Origin: Nemertoderma westbladi
Lineage: Eukaryota; Animalia; Xenacoelomorpha
Reading direction: 5' to 3'
DNA length: 40,568 nucleotides
Assembly (NCBI GenBank): GCA_032718475.1
Contig: JAUCBJ010004339.1
Span: 1-40,568 of the forward strand
Below, piece after piece: positions 36,519 through 40,568 of this stretch; position 1 is the stretch's first letter, and each line of letters starts with the position of its first letter. The position numbers and the translations under genes were made by a program. The notes below the pieces were generated by a model that was not told the origin of the DNA, ran no database searches, and worked only from the letters and a program-made list of their open reading frames with translations.

Positions 36519-37020
36519 CTGCACAAAAAAAAATACAAAACGGTGAATTATTGGAGGCCCGATATGGTTGCCGGACATTGTAAAAAAGTTAACATCCTAG
36601 AAAAGATACCTGCAACCCTATACAGACACTGATATACTTTCGAAGTAGACTATTATGTAATCTTGTTGCAAGCTAGAGAGTATGCAAAAAATGTAGGAAA
36701 TTTATGAAGATGGCAGGAAGAAGACGTTTTACACGAAATATAATTGCTGCCAGAGATTATAGAAGAGCTTTTATCTGATTATAATTGTCGCCGAAGCGCC
36801 GCTATAACCATGACGACGTGTGTCGTTTGATGTTAGGTATGGTATTGTTAGTAAGAGCTTCTGTTATTAAATGGTATCTAGGTAACGAAAGGGCGTGTTG
36901 AAACTAAATAAACACCATGGTTCTCCCAAAACAAGGTAAACCAATGCTACAGTAGTTAGTACCCAGTACAACTGATACACTGTAAGACTTATAAAAAATA
37001 TACACCACATGTAAACTTAC

Positions 37021-37179
37021 AATGGCCAACAGGCATTGGGCGTTGGTCCTTCTCTCGGAGATATATCGATTCGGCACGGGATTGGCTGTTGCCTAGGAAT
37101 GGATGAATATCGTGATTACGTGTTGTTGGTAGAGGAGTATATCCCATTGGCTGATGTTGGGGTAGAGATGGAGACATTA
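37021..37179 (-). CDS. RUNX1T1: ETO/MTG linker exon
   Basis: tttctatatag|(V)MSPSLPQHQPMGYTPLP...PMPVGH-T|GTAAGT; phases 1/1 fit both neighbours. Confidence 0.78.
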
Positions 37180-37444
37180 CTATATAGAAACAAATAAACA
37201 AATATATAAGTTGTTTAGATTAATTAATAAAAATATAAATAACATTTTAAGGTGTTTAATGAATGTATATTGACTGATTGACGTTGAATTGAATATATCG
37301 ACCGAACGAAGAAAGAAAATTAAGTGAGAAGAAGAGTACAATTTTTGAAAGTTGTAGAAAAAGTAGAAAATGTGCCATTTCATAAAAAAAACTTTCACAT
37401 TACTTTGACGAAGATAAAAATACTAACATAGCGCAGAAGGTACC

Positions 37445-38517
37445 TATGACTCAGACCAACCTCTGACTCATCCCGGCCTATGACTCAGACCGGCCCACAA
37501 CTCACACTGGCCTCTGACTCATACCGGCCTCCGAATTACTTAGAACGGCCTCTAACTCAGACAGGCCTCTCACTGACTCATACCGGCCTCTAATTGACTC
37601 AGACCGGCCCATGACCGACTCAGACCGGCCTCTGACTGACTCAGACCGGCCTCTGATTGACTCATACCGGCCTCTGATTGACTCAGACGTCGGCCACTAA
37701 CTCACCCCGGCCTCTGACTAATACCGGCCTCCGACTCAACCCGGCATCTGACTCATACCGGCCTCTGATTGACTCAGACCGGCCCATGACCGACTCAGAC
37801 CGGCCTCTGACTGACGCAGACCGGCCTCTGATTGACTCAGACGTCGGCCACTAACTCACCCCGGTCTCTGACTCATACCGGCCTCTGACACAACCCGGCC
37901 TCTGACTCAAACCATCCTCTGAATCAGACCGACCTCTAACTCAGACCGGCCTCTGATTGACTCAGACCGGCTTCTGGCTGACTCAGACGTCGGCCAATAA
38001 CTCAGACGGTCTCACTCAGACCGGTCTCACTCAGACCGGTCTCTGGCTCAGACCGGCCTCTGATTCATCCTACCCTATAACTCAGACCGGCCAAGGACTG
38101 ACTCAAACCGGCCTCTGACCCAGAGCGGCCTCTCACTCAGACCGGTCTCTGGCTCAGACCGGCCTCTGATTAATCATACCCTATAACTCAGACCGGCCTT
38201 GGACTGACTCAGACCGGCCTCTGACTCAGAGCGGCCTCTGATTCATCCTACCCTATAACTCAGACCGGCCTTGGACTGACTCCGACCGGCCTCTGACTCC
38301 GAGTGGCTTCTCACTCAGACCGGCCTCTGGCTCAGAACGGCCTCTGAGTCAGACCGGCCTCTGAGTGATACCGGCCTCTGACTCAGACCGGCCTCAGACT
38401 CCGACCGACCTCTGTTTGACTCAGACCGCCCCCTGACTTAGAGCGGCCTCTGACTCTGACTCACCCGGCCTATGACTCAGAACGGTATCTGACTGACTCA
38501 ACGGGCCTTTGACTTAC
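37445..38517. repeat. Degenerate ~17-bp minisatellite (tgactcagaccggcctc) abutting an ETO donor site
   Basis: Recurrent gactcagaccggcctct with interspersed variants; runs up to the donor at 38517. Confidence 0.9.
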
Positions 38518-38794
38518 CAGTTGGACCGATCCTCGGTCGTTTTGGTTCGGGGAATCCAAAATCATGAATACGACTCTCGTAGGATCTGCGCCTCTGACTT
38601 TCATCGATAGCCGACGCCATAGATTCGCTGACGTTGCCACAGTAACTAGAGCCTGCACCTCCATTGGCTCTACCAATGGCCGCGTTAGCTCGTTCTACTA
38701 ATATGTTACGGTTCTCACTCATGTACTGGTGGGGTGTCTGTTTGGCTAACTTGGCGCAATGAATCAGTTCCCGTTGCAGTAATGGTAAGTTGGT
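38518..38794 (-). CDS. RUNX1T1: ETO/MTG exon, C-terminal part of NHR1/TAFH
   Basis: ctgttctttcag|TNLPLLQRELIHCAKLAKQTPHQYM...EPKRPRIGPT-G|GTAAGT; phases 0 in, 1 out. Confidence 0.92.
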
Positions 38795-39649
38795 CTGAAA
38801 GAACAGAAATACTGTAACTAATAAATAGGCCCAATGACAGAGCTTTGTAATATATAAGTGCAGTTGGTATAAATAATGGGGTAATAGGAGGGGTAGCAAT
38901 TAGGTATAAATAATGATAATTAACAGTAGGGGTACCAGTTAGGTAGAAATAATGGTAATTGTAGGTGTACCAGTTAGGTTCAGATGCTAGAGTAACATAA
39001 GTATGCTATCAATATTGAATAATTTAATAATAAATACTTGTATAATAATTGTTTCATGCAAAATAAGTTAAGAACGATATCACTGTGGGTAGATGATACA
39101 GTAGTACTTGCGGTAAACATACCACGCCCTTAACCGACTATTATGTGCAATGGGCGGGTCGGAAATGCTGAGCTATTATTGCACTGAAGTCATAGTACAG
39201 GACCCCACCCTAAGTGGAATAGTACAAAATACCATGACCCACCCATACAGAAGTCCTTACAATCTAACCTTATTGCATATAATATATAATTATAAAGGCT
39301 GGTTTGTTCTTTCTAATAGCGATGCACACTACAGATGCACAATAAAGGGTGGTGTCCCACAACTTATTGCTTTGCCGCTGTTTATTATAATATGAAATAA
39401 CGAATATAAATATTAATATACGAATAATGTCGCAATAACAGCTCAAGTAACAGAATAGTACGAAAACCAAAGAACGTAATCATATTCAGAGAAGTGATGT
39501 TACATTAGGGGGCATGACCTGAATAAACGTACAACACCGTAGACCAGAACGTGGTACGCAAGGCAACCCAAACTCTAGTCAATATCGCCAATATCTAAAC
39601 TCCACCGTGCGGTGACCGTACGGTAAGAAATTGTAATACAACAACCTTT

Positions 39650-40340
39650 TTTTTAGCAGATCGGAGTCCCTGCCCCCCCCCCCCCCCTTCCCCTCCTTGT
39701 TTTCTTAAATTTGAATCATATGGTACAAAATTTGGTATGGAGCTAGTTCGACAGCAGCTTTTACTGCTGGCTGGCCGGGCCGGATTTTGAAATTTTCAAA
39801 TTATTTAGCTATACAACAAGCCGTTACAAAATGCCATTAGAAATTATTATTCTTAACTTTAGATATCATTAGAACCGCCTTCATCTGCAGATCCCGAATC
39901 TCAAAACAGTTTTTAATTTCAACAAATATTGCCAAAGATATAAAAATTTAAAGACATACAATTAGAGACGTATATTATAAAATTCTATGTTTTTTACTAA
40001 ATTCTAGAATATCGATTACTCGTAATGAAGATATATAAACGCTCAACTAAAATAATAATTATTATTCTAGAATAAAAAAAAAACTTTGGAAATATATCGA
40101 TTTATGTCTTGAAATATATACCACAGTATGTTTTTTAGTAATCTCAAAATCGATAATTTTGTTTACATGTGGACATCGACGGTGACATCGACTTTAGATG
40201 TGTTTCAAATATCAAGCAATATTATAAAGATTTGCAGAATATATTATATACGGTATTTTATTATTAGTTATTTTTTTTGTTTTTGGGTGGTGGTTCACTG
40301 GTTCCCGTACAATATAATCAGAAAATGACGCCCATTGGAG
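39650..40340. mobile_element. Probable non-autonomous repeat remnant in an ETO intron
   Basis: Poly-C tract, aaaatttggtatg motif and AT-rich body resemble invertebrate Helitron/MITE-type repeats; no termini or TSD identified. Confidence 0.25.
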
Positions 40341-40538
40341 AATGCCATGATAAAATACAAATTTGTTTATTGTTTTGGTTATATTCAGCTCTTCTGTAAC
40401 CTGTGCCTAATGAAATCCCGGTATTCTTCACATGGGGAAACTGCAAAATGAAATATAGCAGCAGAAAGTCTGGTATACTACACGGGTCAAAAATTACACT
40501 ATATTACCGATTATGGTGTATAATTTCAATAAACATAC

Positions 40539-40568
40539 CTTGAGAAATGGAATAACAAAGGATCTTAA
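40539..40568 (-). CDS. RUNX1T1: ETO/MTG exon end (TAFH), truncated by the window edge
   Basis: LRSFVIPFLK|GTATGT; in ETO the motif LRPFVIPFLK directly precedes ANLPLLQREL. Confidence 0.88.

Noticed and set aside
36359-36632. Plus-strand ORFs of 74 and 86 aa
   Set aside because: Antisense shadows of the ETO NHR2 exon.

Overview
AT-rich, repeat-laden nuclear DNA of a non-vertebrate animal; the species cannot be determined from the sequence. There are four host genes. (1) The 5' part of CEP43/FGFR1OP (minus, 766 to the window edge) is missed by the ORF track and carries a LisH region plus a degenerate EF-hand pair. (2) An intronless 551-aa TIR + low-complexity linker + beta-propeller gene (plus, 6422-8077) keeps the NADase-type catalytic Glu. 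(3) A TTC19 orthologue has two coding exons (minus, 18173-17247 and 14496-13759) and a C-terminal 10-aa coding repeat. (4) The last eight coding exons of an ETO/MTG (RUNX1T1/CBFA2T, nervy) corepressor gene (minus, 40568-20716) were reconstructed with consistent splice phases. Mobile DNA includes a 5'-truncated CR1/L2-group LINE, an apparently full-length RTE LINE with a 14-bp TSD and one 8-bp frameshifting duplication, a chimeric RTE fragment, two MITEs with TSDs and a tRNA-derived SINE. Five large minisatellite arrays total about 16 kb. The most unusual observation is that the ETO intronic arrays are tandem amplifications of the exon end plus 5' splice site itself, and several of their commonest unit variants hit the donor site.
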